In this document: in pieces, positions 41,881 to 55,697 of the stretch
Layout: each line of letters starts with the position of its first letter
How positions within the stretch are numbered: the first letter of the stretch is position 1
Origin: Tubiluchus corallicola
Taxonomy: Eukaryota; Animalia; Priapulida
Reading direction: 5' to 3'
NCBI GenBank assembly: GCA_030141605.1
Contig: JAQGDQ010000322.1
Location: 1-64,000 of the forward strand
DNA: 64,000 nt
Notes under the pieces: model-generated
Database searches by the model: none
Seen by the model: the letters and a program-made list of their open reading frames with translations, nothing else
What the model was told of the DNA's origin: nothing
Made by a program: the position numbers and the translations under genes

Positions 41881-44279
41881 GGAAAATTTCAATGTGATTT
41901 TTTAAGCTTTATCTATAAAGAGTCGGGTTTCCTTGTACTTTAAAGGTTTAACTCATAATTATACACTGCATCAACAAGCCTGGCGTAAGAAATGATTAAA
42001 TGCCAATCTAGTCCATAAACGTTAATAAAAATTGGCTATTGTGCAAACTACGTAAAAGAAGTTAAATTGTTGGTTTTTTCAAACTCGGTAACATTCCATT
42101 AATCCACTGCAGACATAATTATTGAATTATTGAAGCACTGTAACATTTCTTTATGAACAAAAAACAAGAGAAAATGTCTGAATTAAAATCTTTGTTGCTA
42201 ATATTCAACAAGGCCAGATACGCAAGACGAGGCCTCAAGAATAAATTAACTCTGCATTTTGCATGGATTCAAGAAAAACTGCCCTCACTAAGCAACGATT
42301 ATGTTCTATTTGATAGTTTTTGTAGGTTTCTACTCCTCACATAATAGATATTCATGCAAAATTATATACGAAAGACATTTGATTACCCTAGACAAATTAA
42401 AAATCGATTTTTGATAAAAAGAATTGAAAAAAGCTTTCAGTAACTGCAGTGTTTACACTGTAACAATGTACAGTATCACTTGTGTGAAATCGGCTAATGC
42501 AGAAAATTTCAACTATTCAGACACAACACTCTGATAAACTGTGGCTCCAAGTTTACTATATTTTTAAAGAGAAATTTCTGTTAAAAGCATGAATTTGTCC
42601 TTGGCTGATTGGTTAGTTTTCCTGGAATAGCAGCAGAAAACGCACAGTTTGGACCAAGCAGACGATCAATAAATTAGTGTGTACGATCATGCAAGTGTAC
42701 ACCAGACTAGGCTACTCGATAGGCTAAACTGGAGTGCCGGAAAAGGGCGTATCTTTCTCAATTTTATCTAATTAAATCATTTATAAAAGCTTAAACAAAT
42801 AGCAAGATTAGATAACCAAGATTCTCCTAAATAGAACAGTACCTAATTTGTAATCACTTAGTTATGTCTGTGATCATACAGTACCTAATTTGTAATCATT
42901 TAGTTATGTCTGTGCTCATACAGTAGCAGAAAAGTCATAGTTCTTATAAGGCGTATTTTGAGTGGTACAGTCCTGAAAAATCTCCGTCTATGGAATTTTA
43001 CCTGCAAAAGACTTCGTGTCCTGATCCTCAGTACGTGTAGTTATTTCACACGCGGACAGCAACAGACGTCTCAGGTTTCTTATATCGTGAAACTTAAGTT
43101 TCAATGTGTTTTTGTAAGCATGATATGTTGACGTTACTGCTAATGCTTTTGCGAGCTCCTGTGTTGACTTAACCGAAACGATGATGAAGGAGGGGCTCCC
43201 TGATGAACGAATGCCTCGAAACAGCTTCATTCCTAAACAAGCTTTGTCTCAACTAAGGTAACTATGGCTTCTCAAATCCCGTTTTCTCGATAACCTGGTT
43301 TTAGTATGTAAAAATGTTTGCTGTTCTGCAGTAAAGTCTGAGATCAGATGATTTTTTACTAAAGGGAGTTGAACTTGTAACAAGAGCTCGTTGATGCTTG
43401 GTAAAGATTGATTGTTTACAGAGTCTGAAAATAAACAACATGATTCGAGCTGTGAATGCGTCATACAAGCAGACAGTCTAAAGAAGTTCGTGGACTGTAA
43501 AACTGTAGTTATTTTATGTATTTTAATGATTACGGTTGTATTTTGGGAGCGATTGCTTTGCCAACACATTTATACATTTTCACAGGCGCAAACTGTTTAA
43601 TACAGGTCTCGTGAGAGACTACTACTTCATGATGCCCAAAGTCAAAAAATTTATGTTTGAGTAGCTTTATTACGCTTTATCTGCAAGAAAAATCATAATA
43701 AAATATAACAAACTAATTTGAGCCAAAAAAGAAACAAGGAAATTAAAAATAAAGTGAGACTGAATAAACTTACATCATGGCTCTACTACTCTTGATAAAT
43801 AAATGGTTGAACTGAGACAAAACAACAACAAGAACTTTCTTAGCCAAGAACAGACTGCAAACTAGCCAGGTAAACTAGCTCTGTCAGTAGAACATGACAG
43901 AAAGAAGCCAAGTCAAGACGTACATACATGAATGCAGTTAAAAAGGACAGTATGGGGGGGGGTTACAGAATGAGAGAACACTGAAGTAATAATATAACCT
44001 AAAATCCTTCATAGGTCTCGTTGCTGAACCTGCAAATTTCAAGGAAGTTACAGGGATTATACGACCTTGGCTCCAACGCTAGTCTTGCAACCGTTGATAT
44101 TTGCAAAAATGACAATCTTGACAACGATCACGTGGTAAAATTCGATTTAGTAATACCAGAATTTTCGATGTTTCGATTTTCGATGCTATAATGTTAGAAC
44201 AACGAACCAAGCTTCTCGCGCATGCGTAGAAACGCAGGCTGAAAATACTGCTGTTGATAAACCGATCGTACAATATCGA

Positions 44280-44420
44280 ATGAAGTTGCAGTTTTCAGTG
44301 AACCAATTTTCTGGTAGAGAATTCCACAGATAAGAAGACCGAAGGAAAAAATTGGATACATAAACAGCCGTTCTACATCTATAAATGCGCAGGGTAAGAC
44401 GCGCCGGTGATTCAGCTAGA
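44280..44420 (-). mobile_element. Jockey/CR1-like LINE ORF2 C-terminal fragment
   Basis: Minus strand translates RCRTAVYVSNFFLRSSYLWNSLPENWF. Confidence 0.55.
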
Positions 44421-44536
44421 AGAGACCATTAATTTATAACGGGGGGGGCGCAGGCAGCGCACTACTAAATTTGTCACTAAAAACAACGATCGACTACATT
44501 GTATAATTAATGATATTTGATAAGTGTTTTGATACC

Positions 44537-45003
44537 TTTTTTCCAAATCCTATCGTTAATTCCAGAACAAACAATCTAAAACAAATTAGGACAAATACCC
44601 ACTATGGAACGAACTCTGTAATCAAACAAGCAATTCTACTTTGGAATTCTCTACCATTGCAGGTTAAACAAATCAAGTCCCTATCAGCATTTAAAACAAA
44701 ATTAAAATCACTAATATTAACCAGATATGAAATACCATCACACCAGTACGACAACATACACACTAATTCAGAATTTATATATCCACGGCCATATTAATTA
44801 AATCATATTTTTTTTCATTTTTGTGCATAGTTGTAAATATGTTTGATTTTATTTGTCGTTGCTTTCCATTACTGCACAGTAGTTTAGATTGCACTGACGT
44901 ATTTGCCTTTAGCAGTGTAAGTTTTTATTAACTAACACTGATTGATCATCTCTGTAAAGTTTTTATCAGTGATTATCAATGTATTTTAATGGCAAATAAA
45001 GAT

Positions 45004-45053
<50 letters not shown>
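44537..45053 (+). mobile_element. LINE 3' end (L2/CR1 group) with intact UTR, AATAAA and (TA)n tail
   Basis: ORF 44510-44797 contains WNSLP...FKTKLK; hairpin gcactg...cagtgt at ~44891-44918; AATAAA at ~44995; (TA)n 45008-45053. Confidence 0.78.
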
Positions 45054-45056
<3 letters not shown>

Positions 45057-45204
45057 TGCATGAGTGACTGTACGAAACCTTTACAGGAAAATGTACAAGA
45101 ACTTTTGCTTACACGGCTGCAACTAACCTGCAAAAGCATAACCTACCAAACGTACTTGATGTTATCCAAACATCTGCGTTTAATTCCTGAAATACTTCAT
45201 ATTT

Positions 45205-45553
45205 GACATGTATTTATTGGTGTCAAAAATACATACAATACAAGAAAACAAACAAGACATACATACAATTTCAATTTTGAAATATAGTGACACTACAGAC
45301 AAACAAAACAGTTATTGGTAAAACAAATATTATTAAATGTTTCTGTTCGTCATATTAGTTATTTAAATGAAAAGTTTAATGATTAGTATTTAAAATAAAT
45401 TGTCATTCATCAGGCCTAATTTTCAATGATATGATCATTATATAGTATATTGTTCATCGTGTCTTAAAAACGCTTTTTGAACAAAAATAATGAACATGAG
45501 CGGACTGATGATCGAGCCTTGTGGAACGCCAAAAGTTTATACACACACACACA

Positions 45554-45635
<82 letters not shown>

Positions 45636-46110
45636 GCGTCATTTTCAATGATTTTGATCATCATGTCTTAGTTAAAAACGCTTTTCCAACATAATTAATA
45701 AAAAACTTAATTACTTCTAAATCATTACTTCTCACCAAGAATATAAATTTATCAGCATCGCATATAGGGAAAAATTCTGGTTTAATTACATTGATGTGAT
45801 TACATGATTTTTCTCTAAGATCATTGTAATATGGGCATTTTATAACAAAGTGTAATTCGTCTTTGATTTCATTTCTTAAACAGGACGAGCATATACGATT
45901 CTCAACTGGGACTCTTCCAGGTTTAACGTACCTCCCTCTTTCAATACACAAACTATGAGAGCTGATTCTCAGTTTTGTAAATTTTGTTATAGCAAATTTG
46001 GAATAACCAGAAAGTAAATAGTTTTCCAGTTGATGAAGTTTTTTGAAGGTTCGATACATCTGTAGTTTGTTTTGTCGATCAGGTTTGTTGTCATTATGGA
46101 TTTCTTCTTT
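45205..46110 (-). mobile_element. RTE-X-like LINE 3' fragment with CCHC zinc knuckle
   Basis: ORF 45661-46059: KLRISSHSLCIERGRY...RICSSC...DELHFVIKCPYY, the typical C-terminal motif of RTE-X-type ORF2; minus-strand AATAAA at ~45213-45218; a (CA)/(CGCA) microsatellite lies at 45541-45632. Confidence 0.75.
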
Positions 46111-46721
46111 CTTATTAACTTCTTGCTTTATTTCTTTGCCGAAGTTCTTTGTCTTTTATTTCGCCTCGCTATTTCAGAAACAAAGAAGAGTTAAAGAAAC
46201 CCCTTCAACAAATAGTTTGGTGCAAAGTAACTGTCAGTCAAAACTCATCGTGTGAACAGAGTTCGGTGTTTTGAATGTCATTCTTTTGAAGGGCCTTGTT
46301 GACTAGGCATTAGATGAGCAAGAGATTGCTGAGTTCACCCCAAATCACAGCCAACCACAGTACGATTTTACAATCTGTCAGGTGGGTGAAGCCAGTCAAT
46401 GTTAGGGACCAAATGTGTCATAATGGTTAATTCACAAACTCTTCATACAGTTTCACACTGCAAAATTTCACAGTAATTGACATCTATTGCGGATGTTTAA
46501 GCGAGAGAATTCAATCACTAATCTTGGAGCTGGTGTAATTTACTGAATGCGGAATTGGAATACGTTCTCAGGACAATTTCGGCTGAGCTACAAAGAGGCT
46601 GCAACGATTTCGCGCATTTCAAAAGAATCCCAACGCGTGGTAATCATCCATGCTGGCAAAGGAGATGGTAATTTATTCCTTTTAGTCTGACACTTTCCAG
46701 CGCGTAATCCATAGCTACATG

Positions 46722-49652
46722 GAGAGTCAGAGATTAGGCGCTTGCACCCATGAGAGGGTCAGAGATTAGGCGATTGCACCCATGAGAGGGTCAGAGATTA
46801 GGCGCTTGCACCCATGAGAGGGTCAGAGATTAGGCGCTTGCACCCACGAGAGGGTCAGAGATTAGGCGCTTACACCCATGTGAGGGTCAGAGATTAAGCG
46901 CTTGCACCCATGAGAGGGTCAAAGATTAGGCGCTTACACCCATGAGAGGGTCAGAGATTAAGCGCTTACACCCATGTGAGGGTCAAAGATTAGGCGCTTA
47001 CACCCATGAGAGGGTCAGAGATTAAGCGCTTACACCCATGTGAGGGTCAAAGATTAGGCGCTTACACCCATGAGAGGGTCAGAGATTAAGCGTTTACACC
47101 CGTGAGAGGGTCAGAGATTAAGCCTTGCACCCATGAGAGGGTCAGAGATTAAGCGTTTACACCCGTGTGAGGGTCAAAGATTAGGCGCTTACACCCATGA
47201 GAGGGTCAGAGATTAAGCGTTTACACCCATGAGAGGGTCAGAGATTAAGCGCTTACACCCATGAGAGGGTCAGAGATTAAGCCTTGCACCCATGAGAGGG
47301 TCAGAGATTAAGCGCTTACACCCGTGAGAGGGTCAGAGATTAGGCGCTTACACCCATGAGAGGGTCAGAGATTAAGCGTTTACACCCATGAGAGGGTCAG
47401 AGATTAAGCGTTTACACCCACGAGAGGGTCAGAGATTAAGCCTTGCACCCATGAGAGGGTCAGAGATTAAGCGCTTACACCCACGTGAGGGTCAAAGATT
47501 AGGCGCTTACACCCATGAGAGGGTCAGAGATTAAGCGTTTACACCCGTGAGAGGGTCAGAGATTAAGCGCTTACACCCATGAGAGGGTCAGAGATTAAGC
47601 CTTGCACCCACGAGAGGGTCAGAGATTAAGCGTTTACACCCATGAGAGGGTCAGAGATTAAGCCTTGCACCCGTGAGAGGGTCAGAGATTAAGCGCTTAC
47701 ACCCACGAGAGGGTCAGAGATTAAGCCTTACACCCACGAGAGGATCAGAGATTAAGCCTTACACCCACGAGAGGGTCAGAGATTAAGCGCTTGCACCCAT
47801 GAGAGGGTCAAAGATTAGGCGCTTACACCCATGAGAGGGTCAGAGATTAAGCCTTGCACCCACGAGAGGGTCAGAGATTAAGCCTTGCACCCATGAGAGG
47901 GTCAGAGATTAAGCGCTTACACCCATGAGAGGGTCAGAGATTAAGCGCTTACACCCACGAGAGGGTCAGAGATTAAGCCTTGCACCCATGAGAGGGTCAG
48001 AGATTAAGCCTTGCACCCATGAGAGGGTCAGAGATTAAGCCTTACACCCACGAGAGGGTCAGAGATTAAGCCTTACACCCACGAGAGGGTCAGAGATTAA
48101 ACGCTTACACCCATGAGAGGGTCAGAGATTAAGCCTTACACCCATGAGAGGGTCAGAGATTAAACGCTTACACCCATGAGAGGGTCAGAGATTAAGCCTT
48201 ACACCCATGAGAGGGTCAGAGATTAAGCCTTGCACCCATGAGAGGGTCAGAGATTAAGCCTTGCACCCATGAGAGGGTCAGAGATTAAGCCTTGCACCCA
48301 TGAGAGGGTCAGAGATTAAGCCTTGCACCCATGAGAGGGTCAGAGATTAAGCCTTGCACCCACGAGAGGGTCAGAGATTAAGCGCTTACACCCGTGAGAG
48401 GGTCAGAGATTAAGCCTTGCACCCATGAGAGGGTCAGAGATTAAGCCTTACACCCACGAGAGGGTCAGAGATTAAGCCTTACACCCACGAGAGGGTCAGA
48501 GATTAAGCGCTTACACCCACGAGAGGGTCAGAGATTAAGCGCTTGCACCCATGAGAGGGTCAGAGATTAAGCCTTACACCCATGAGAGGGTCAGAGATTA
48601 AACGCTTACACCCATGAGAGGGTCAGAGATTAAGCCTTACACCCATGAGAGGATCAGAGATTAAGCGCTTACACCCATGAGAGGGTCAGAGATTAAGCGT
48701 TTACACCCATGAGAGGGTCAGAGATTAAGCGCTTACACCCATGAGAGGGTCAGAGATTAAGCGCTTACACCCATGTGAGGGTCAAAGATTAAGCGCTTAC
48801 ACCCATGAGAGGGTCAGAGATTAAGCGCTTGCACCCATGAGAGGGTCGGAGATTAGGCGCTTGCACCCGTGAGAGGGTCAGAGATTAAGCGCTTACACCC
48901 ATGAGAGGGTCAGAGATTAAGCGCTTACACCCATGAGAGGGTCAGAGATTAAGCGCTTACACCCATGAGAGGGTCAGAGATTAAGCCTTGCACCCATGAG
49001 AGGGTCAGAGATTAAGCGCTTACACCCATGAGAGGGTCAGAGATTAAGCGCTTGCACCCATGAGAGGGTCAGAGATTAAGCCTTACACCCATGAGAGGGT
49101 CAGAGATTAAACGCTTACACCCATGAGAGGGTCAGAGATTAAGCCTTACACCCATGAGAGGATCAGAGATTAAGCGCTTACACCCATGAGAGGGTCAGAG
49201 ATTAAGCGTTTACACCCATGAGAGGGTCAGAGATTAAGCGCTTACACCCACGAGAGGGTCAGAGATTAAGCGTTTACACCCACGAGAGGGTCAGAGATTA
49301 AGCGTTTACACCCACGAGAGGGTCAGAGATTAAGCGCTTGCACCCATGAGAGGGTCAGAGATTAAGCGCTTACACCCATGAGAGGGTCAGAGATTAAGCG
49401 TTTACACCCACGAGAGGATCAGAGATTAAGCGCTTACACCCACGAGAGGATCAGAGATTAAGCGCTTACACCCACGAGAGGGTCAAAGATTAGGCGCTTA
49501 CACCCACGAGAGGATCAGAGATTAAGCGTTTACACCCACGAGAGGGTCAGAGATTAAGCGCTTGCACCCATGAGAGGGTCAGAGATTAAGCCTTACACCC
49601 ATGAGAGGGTCAGAGATTAAACGCTTACACCCATGTGAGGATCAGAGATTAA
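46722..49652. repeat. 31/32-bp minisatellite, ~90 copies
   Basis: Unit gagagggtcagagattaagcgcttacacccat with variants. Confidence 0.97.
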
Positions 49653-50156
49653 ATAATAAATAAACGGCAAATGAATAAGCAAATCAATGAACAAATGAAT
49701 GAATGGGTGAATAGATAAACAGATAAATAAAAAAATGAATACGCTAATAGATCAATCAATAAATGAATCAATGAACAAACGGCTGTATAAATGAATTAAT
49801 TAATAAATAAAAAAGACGAGTAAATAATAACTGAATGAATAAGTAAACGAACGAATGAATGAATAAATGAAGAAATGAAAGAACGAATGCACTAACAGAA
49901 TAACCAATAAATGAATGAATGAATAAGTAAACGAATGAACGAATGAATAAACGAAGAAATGAAAGAACGAATGCACTAACAGAATAACCAATGAATGAAT
50001 GAATGAATAAGTAAACGAATGAACGAATGAATGCAATTTAAACGTACTAATCAAGACAGGATTGTTCTAATTTACTACATCAAGTTCATCATCAGTACCA
50101 GACAATTAAATGCATAAAAATGAACACTTTTTCACAGACAAACAAAATTCAATCAG

Positions 50157-50162
50157 TTTATT
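50157..50162 (-). promoter_or_regulatory. Candidate polyadenylation signal of the TMEM106B-like gene
   Basis: Minus-strand AATAAA followed by a GU-rich element (ttttgtttgtctgtg); the region up to the stop codon is U-rich on the minus strand. Confidence 0.4.
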
Positions 50163-50472
50163 AACTATTCACATTTAGAATAATTGACTATAATCAATCC
50201 AATTAATTAATAATACTATTATTGGTTAAGTAACTAACAACACTATAAATTACTAAAAGTTCTTCCACTGTAAGCAAGCCAGCAGAAATGATCAGCATTC
50301 AATAATTAGGTGCTTGAAATATTTTTCTCATTAACAAATAAGTTATTTACACACAGAACAATTATGAATTATAACACAGAGAGACTGAAACATCCATTAC
50401 TGTAATTACCTTGTTCGTTACTAGTATTATTCATTAATAAAATGAAATTCTACGCATGTTTGCAGCAGTAGA

Positions 50473-50738
50473 GCTCATGCAGACTGTCAAGACTCAACAT
50501 TATTTGCTGTCATGCAACAATGTGAACAAATTGAATATGACACACGTAATGACACATTTAAGGCTCATGCAGACTGTCAAGACTCAACATTATTTGCTGT
50601 CATGCAACAATGTGAACAAATTGAATATGACACACGTAATGACACATTTAGGGCTCATGCAGACTGTCAAGACTCAACATTATTTGCTGTCATGCAACAA
50701 TGTGAACAAATTGAATATGACACACGTAATGACACATT
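50473..50738. repeat. 90-bp tandem repeat x3
   Basis: gctcatgcagactgtcaagactc... at 50473, 50563 and 50653. Confidence 0.95.
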
Positions 50739-51412
50739 TTACAGACGAATTCACGCGGAGTTTATCAAACTCAAGCGAAACAAACTTTATAAATAGATTC
50801 AACCATAAGCACAACATTCACAAAGCTGCTCATTGGAAGCAAGTCACTGTGCAAATGACCTTTGAAACTCACTTTTGGCAAAAGCGATGCCACGATGACC
50901 CACGTGGAGACCACATATAAGGTACCATAGTTACTTAAACTAATATAAAGACAAATGAGGAAAACTGACCATTAATTTCTAACAATCGATACATTTTTGA
51001 CACGAATAACTTTTTTTCCATACAGGTCAGCATTGGTAAGAAATCAAAACACAGAATAAGAAGTACAAAAGTTATACAAGTAATGTTCACCTGTACAACA
51101 CCTGTTTAGAATCTACAGTACCTGAACTGCACATTTCTAAAATACAATGATAAATATGCAACTATTCTGATATGTTAATTTTACAATTTTATAGAAAGAC
51201 AATTAGATTCACAACGTTTAAAAAACTTACACCTACAAAAATACATCGTGATTTCATAATAAAAGAACTAAATGAAAAATACACGTGAAAATAGTTACTT
51301 AAACTATCATTAATTAATAATGACTGTTATTGCCATAATTTTTAAAAGCCATTGCAATTTATATTGCCCAATTTTATGGGTAACGAGTTAGGGAAAGGAG
51401 ACACTGAAAAAC

Positions 51413-51479
51413 TGTGGACTAGTTGGGATTTGAACCCAAGACCTTGGCTTCTACTAATGTGGTACCCATGCTCTACCAC
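51413..51479 (-). mobile_element. tRNA-derived SINE head / tRNA-like fragment
   Basis: Minus strand GTGGTAGAGCA (A-box-like) ... GGTTCAAATCC (B box); no intact cloverleaf. Confidence 0.55.
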
Positions 51480-52382
51480 AAATTTTCAGAAAACGAACTC
51501 TTATTGTTTGTTTAGGGTCAAAATTACAAATTACAAATCTTCATGTACAAAACCAGCAAGTATCAGCAAGTTGCGTAAAATACGAAAATTAGTGTGGACA
51601 TTAACCACTGCGTTTGGACCTGGTGCAAGTTCTGTGTAGTGCTTGGTCGAATCTGCAAACCAGCAGTCGGAAGGTAATACCTTCTAACCACGTCAAGACG
51701 CTAAGTTTATTATAGCGACTTTCGATCAACTTTCAAGCTTCAGTAACCTCAATATTAAAGTTTAACAAAGGTTAGGAAATGTTAACACAACACAAACAGT
51801 TTAGACAATCTTCTTAAAGCTAAGTAGTTTTTGACTGAATAACAAACTTGGGAAACTGATTAACTATTAAAGATTCATGCTCTTGCTTTATAGACACACG
51901 AAAGCTTTTCATAATCACAGGAAACGACAATAAACTCAAGACAAACAAGCCGATATTAGCATTAATAATACATGGATATGTCATTTCCCGGAAATATTGC
52001 CTGATGCAGATTTTATGTCATTGAATTCTACAGGTTTTTATTGAGCACAAAAGACAGAGAGACGCCAGAATAAAAAAATTATGACGTACAGGTGAAGAAA
52101 TTGTAAACGGGAGAAGAACTTACAGAATACATTTTGCAATCGCTATCGAATCAGCAGCCTGTTCTACTGAACCTTGTTAATGCATATCAGATCTCAAGTG
52201 TGAGACGTTTCAACTCTAGCGGCGTTTGCAAGAATCTCGTGATTTTAAATGATTTCTCATAGTTTCACAGTAATTACAAATTACCAACTAGCGCTCTGAA
52301 ATAGACGTCTTTGCGTATTATCAAACAGAATACATTACTTATATAGAAATAATTTACTCCACTCTACATTGTATGACCACTA

Positions 52383-52840
52383 CAGTCATTTGCAAAAGTT
52401 TAAGACCAAGCTCGAGTTTTCGGGATTTTCATCATACTGTACCTGAATGGCCTGGAAACGGCCCGGACCTCAATCCGATAGAGAATCTCTGGGAGATACT
52501 GAAGGATAAGGTGGCAGACAGGCAGCCATCAAGTGCTGAAGACTTGCGAAGAGTTATCAAGGACGTTTGGGTTAAAGAAATTACTTCCGAGTACTGCCAA
52601 AACCTAATTTCCAGTATGCCTCTTAGAATGAAGGCAGTGATTGACAACTTCGGCAGCCATACAAAGTACTAAAATGTTCAAGGACTGTGACTATTTTTGG
52701 ATAAAAACATACAAACTATGCTGTAGTATATTTTTCTAGAAGAATAAATGAATAGTTTTTAGATGGAACCGTGTTAAACGATGGTTTTTGACAATTTTCA
52801 GGAAAAAATCGCTTTGGTCTTAAACTTTTGCAATTGATTG
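52383..52840 (+). mobile_element. Internally deleted Tc1-like transposon, 458 bp
   Basis: TA TSDs; ~27-bp TIR CA(G/A)TCA(T/A)TTGCAAAAGTTTAAGACCAA; retains the transposase C-terminus WPGNGPDLNPIENLW...MPLRMKAVI...GSHTKY. Confidence 0.92.
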
Positions 52841-53034
52841 TACAACAACACTAACTGCCAATAAAGTAACCTCTATGGTGTCCGTGGTAATCCGTACGCG
52901 ACAACTAAGTCTACACCATAAGAGCAGTACCTAACTTAAATAAACTGCATGTTACATGAATACATATTATCACAGGAAGAAAGCACTCATCGACGTCATG
53001 ACTCAGATCCACTTTGTCTGACGAGAGGAACTCA

Positions 53035-53224
53035 TCATGTCATTCGGATCACATCATTCCACTCATCGGTTTCCGCAAGAATTGGGACTTCTGTTGACGG
53101 TGCTGTAGTTGTCGTTGCTGTCGTTGTCGTAGTTGTAGTCGCTGTTGGCGAACAGTTTACATATTGAAATGTTGTTAAGCTTACTTGTTCTACATGGTTT
53201 AAGTAAGTTGTGTCTACTGTGGTC
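53035..53224 (-). CDS. TMEM106B: TMEM106B-like protein, terminal coding exon
   Basis: Acceptor ttttttcattttctag; phase-2 start; TTVDTTYLNHVEQVSLTTFQYVNC matches recalled human [24 protein letters not shown]; then a Thr-rich tail and TGA TGA. The symbol denotes a family homolog; orthology is not established. Confidence 0.88.
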
Positions 53225-53437
53225 CTAGAAAATGAAAAAAATACAACATCAAAACCATGATCTTCATTAGTAAAATTTGCACAACTAATGCAAAAATGTC
53301 CAAGAATACCGTAAAATCATGACAGTTTTTATATAGCATTGGTAAAGTTCACGCCAGTATTTACTCTTCCCAAAGGTACAGTGTTTTACCCACATTCAGA
53401 CGTGTATCCCCCCCCCCACTCTTCAACGACAGCCTAA

Positions 53438-54000
53438 GGCCCGTGTCACACAGAGAAAGGCGTAAGAAACAATTCGTAATCCACAATCCGTAAGCCATCT
53501 TCCATCTTCCGTAAGACTCATGTCATAATCCGCGGTATGCGTGTTACTCCGTGTTTCTTTTGGCTGGAGACACGAAATTACTGCTTTAATACAGACTGTA
53601 GTTGAACAGTTAATATAATTTTACTCATTACAGCATAGCAGGTTGTCAATCGCATGCATTGTACAATATGACTGAATGGTAAATCCTGCCTGTTGCATGT
53701 AATGTAATACAGCAGTTGTAAATCAGTGTTGTGGGTTAAAATACTTTTTGATGTTTATTTTATGCCCGTGTTTTTGAATTCTTCTGATATAAATGAATTT
53801 TGTATCGCAAAAAGAGCAATTACACTAATTTTCACATTAGTAATAAAGCAAAAACACCTTATGACAAATGAAATTAATGACCAAACTCATTTCGCGATAA
53901 GAAACGCTCAAAATGGCTTGCAAGGAGCGTACCGTGGATTATGGAAAACACCCTACGGTAGGCAGCAAATGGTAAATGGATCATCTGTATGACAGGGCCC
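53438..54000. mobile_element. Possible PIF/Harbinger-type MITE
   Basis: TAA|GGCCCGTGTCACACAGA ... TCTGTATGACAGGGCCC imperfect TIR; subterminal cgtaag repeats. Confidence 0.4.
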
Positions 54001-54099
54001 ATTGATAAGTGTAATAAGGTGCCTCTTTCTCCGCCCAGCTTCTTACGCCTTACGGAATGTATCCAGCTCCGTGTGCCAGGAGCTCTCACAGGACAGAAC

Positions 54100-55285
54100 A
54101 GAGATAAACAATAAAACATTATGTGCCATAATTATGCTTTAAAACAGTTGATTTAGAGAGAGGAACAATAACACCTTATGTGCCATAACTATGCTTTAAA
54201 ACAGTTGATTTAGAGAGAGGAACAATAACACATTATGTGCCATAACTATGCTTTAAAACAGTTGATTTAGAGAGAGGAACAATAACACATTATGTGCCAT
54301 AACTATGCTTTAAAACAGTTGATTTAAAGAGAGGAACAATAACACATGATGTGCCATAACTATGCTCTAAAACAGTTGATTTAGAGAGAGGAACAATAAC
54401 ACATTATGTGCCATAACTATGCTCTAAAACAGTTGATTTAGAGAGAGGAACAATAACACATTATGTGCCATAATTATGCTTTAAAACAGTTGATTTAAAG
54501 ACAGGAACAATAACACATTATGTGCCATAACTATGCTTTAAAACAGTTTATTTAGAGAGAGGAACAATAACACATTATGTGCCATAATTATGCTTTAAAA
54601 CAGTTTATTTAGAGAGAGGAACAATAACACATGTGCCATAACTATTCTTTAAAACAGTTGATTTAGAGAGAAGAACAATAACACATTATGTGCCATAATT
54701 ATGCTTTAAAACAGTTGATTTAAAGAGAGGAACAATAACACATTATGTGACATAACTATGCTGTAAAACAGTTGATTTAAAGAGAGGAACAATAACACAT
54801 TATGTGCCATAACTATGCTTTAAAACAGTTGATTTAGAGAGAGGAACAATAACACATTATGTGCCATAACTATGCTTTAAAACAGTTGATTTAGAGAGAG
54901 GAACAATAACACATTATGTGCCATAACTATGCTTTAAAACAGTTGATTTAGAGAGAGGAACAATAACACATTATGTGCCATAACTATGCTTTAAAACAGT
55001 TTATTTAGAGAGATAAACAATAACACATTATGTGCCATAACTATGCTTTAAAACAGTTTATTTAGAGAGATAAACAATAACACATTATGTGCCATAACTA
55101 TGCTTTAAAACAGTTTATTTAGAGAGATAAACAATAACACATTATGTGCCATAACTATGCTTTAAAACAGTTTATTTAGAGAGATAAACAATAACACATT
55201 ATGTGCCATAACTATGCTTTAAAACAGTTGATTTGGAGAGAGGAACAATAACACATTATGTGCCATAACTATGCTTTAAAAGCAG
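54100..55285. repeat. 57-bp minisatellite, ~21 copies
   Basis: Unit agagagaggaacaataacacattatgtgccataactatgctttaaaacagttgattt. Confidence 0.96.
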
Positions 55286-55697
55286 TTTAGTTGAAGAGAA
55301 GAACACGCGAATCATACATGATGGTACCATATGACTGAAGTAAGTTTATCAGGAGTTTCTTTTTGAAGGGGGCGACAAGTGTCGATTGATTAGTTATCTC
55401 ACATGTTTCATTTATAAAGTGACATGATTTATAAAGTTTCATGTGAAATACGTGAAATCGGAAAAACTGTAATTTCCGCTTACATAATGCAATAATTCTT
55501 TTCACAGTTCCAGCGATTAATGATGATCGTGAAAAGGTCAAAGGTTAAGTGCACCAGACAACACAATTGTGTACACTTGACAATGCCTTGCAGCCAAAGC
55601 TGTTGTAATAGTTACCGTATTAACAGCTAGCTAGAACTTTGCCTAGTTCATTTTTTCTTGTTCCCAAGCAAAATCCTGCTCGTAAATCACTCTACAT

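Noticed and set aside
43198-43232. CTGATGA...GAAA second hammerhead candidate
   Set aside because: No credible stem II or stem I pairing.
50456-50920. 154-aa ORF with 30-aa repeats
   Set aside because: Produced by a 90-bp triplication antisense to the putative TMEM106 3'UTR; no homology recognised.
51413-51479. Functional tRNA gene
   Set aside because: A and B boxes are present, but there is no acceptor or anticodon stem; treated as a SINE head.
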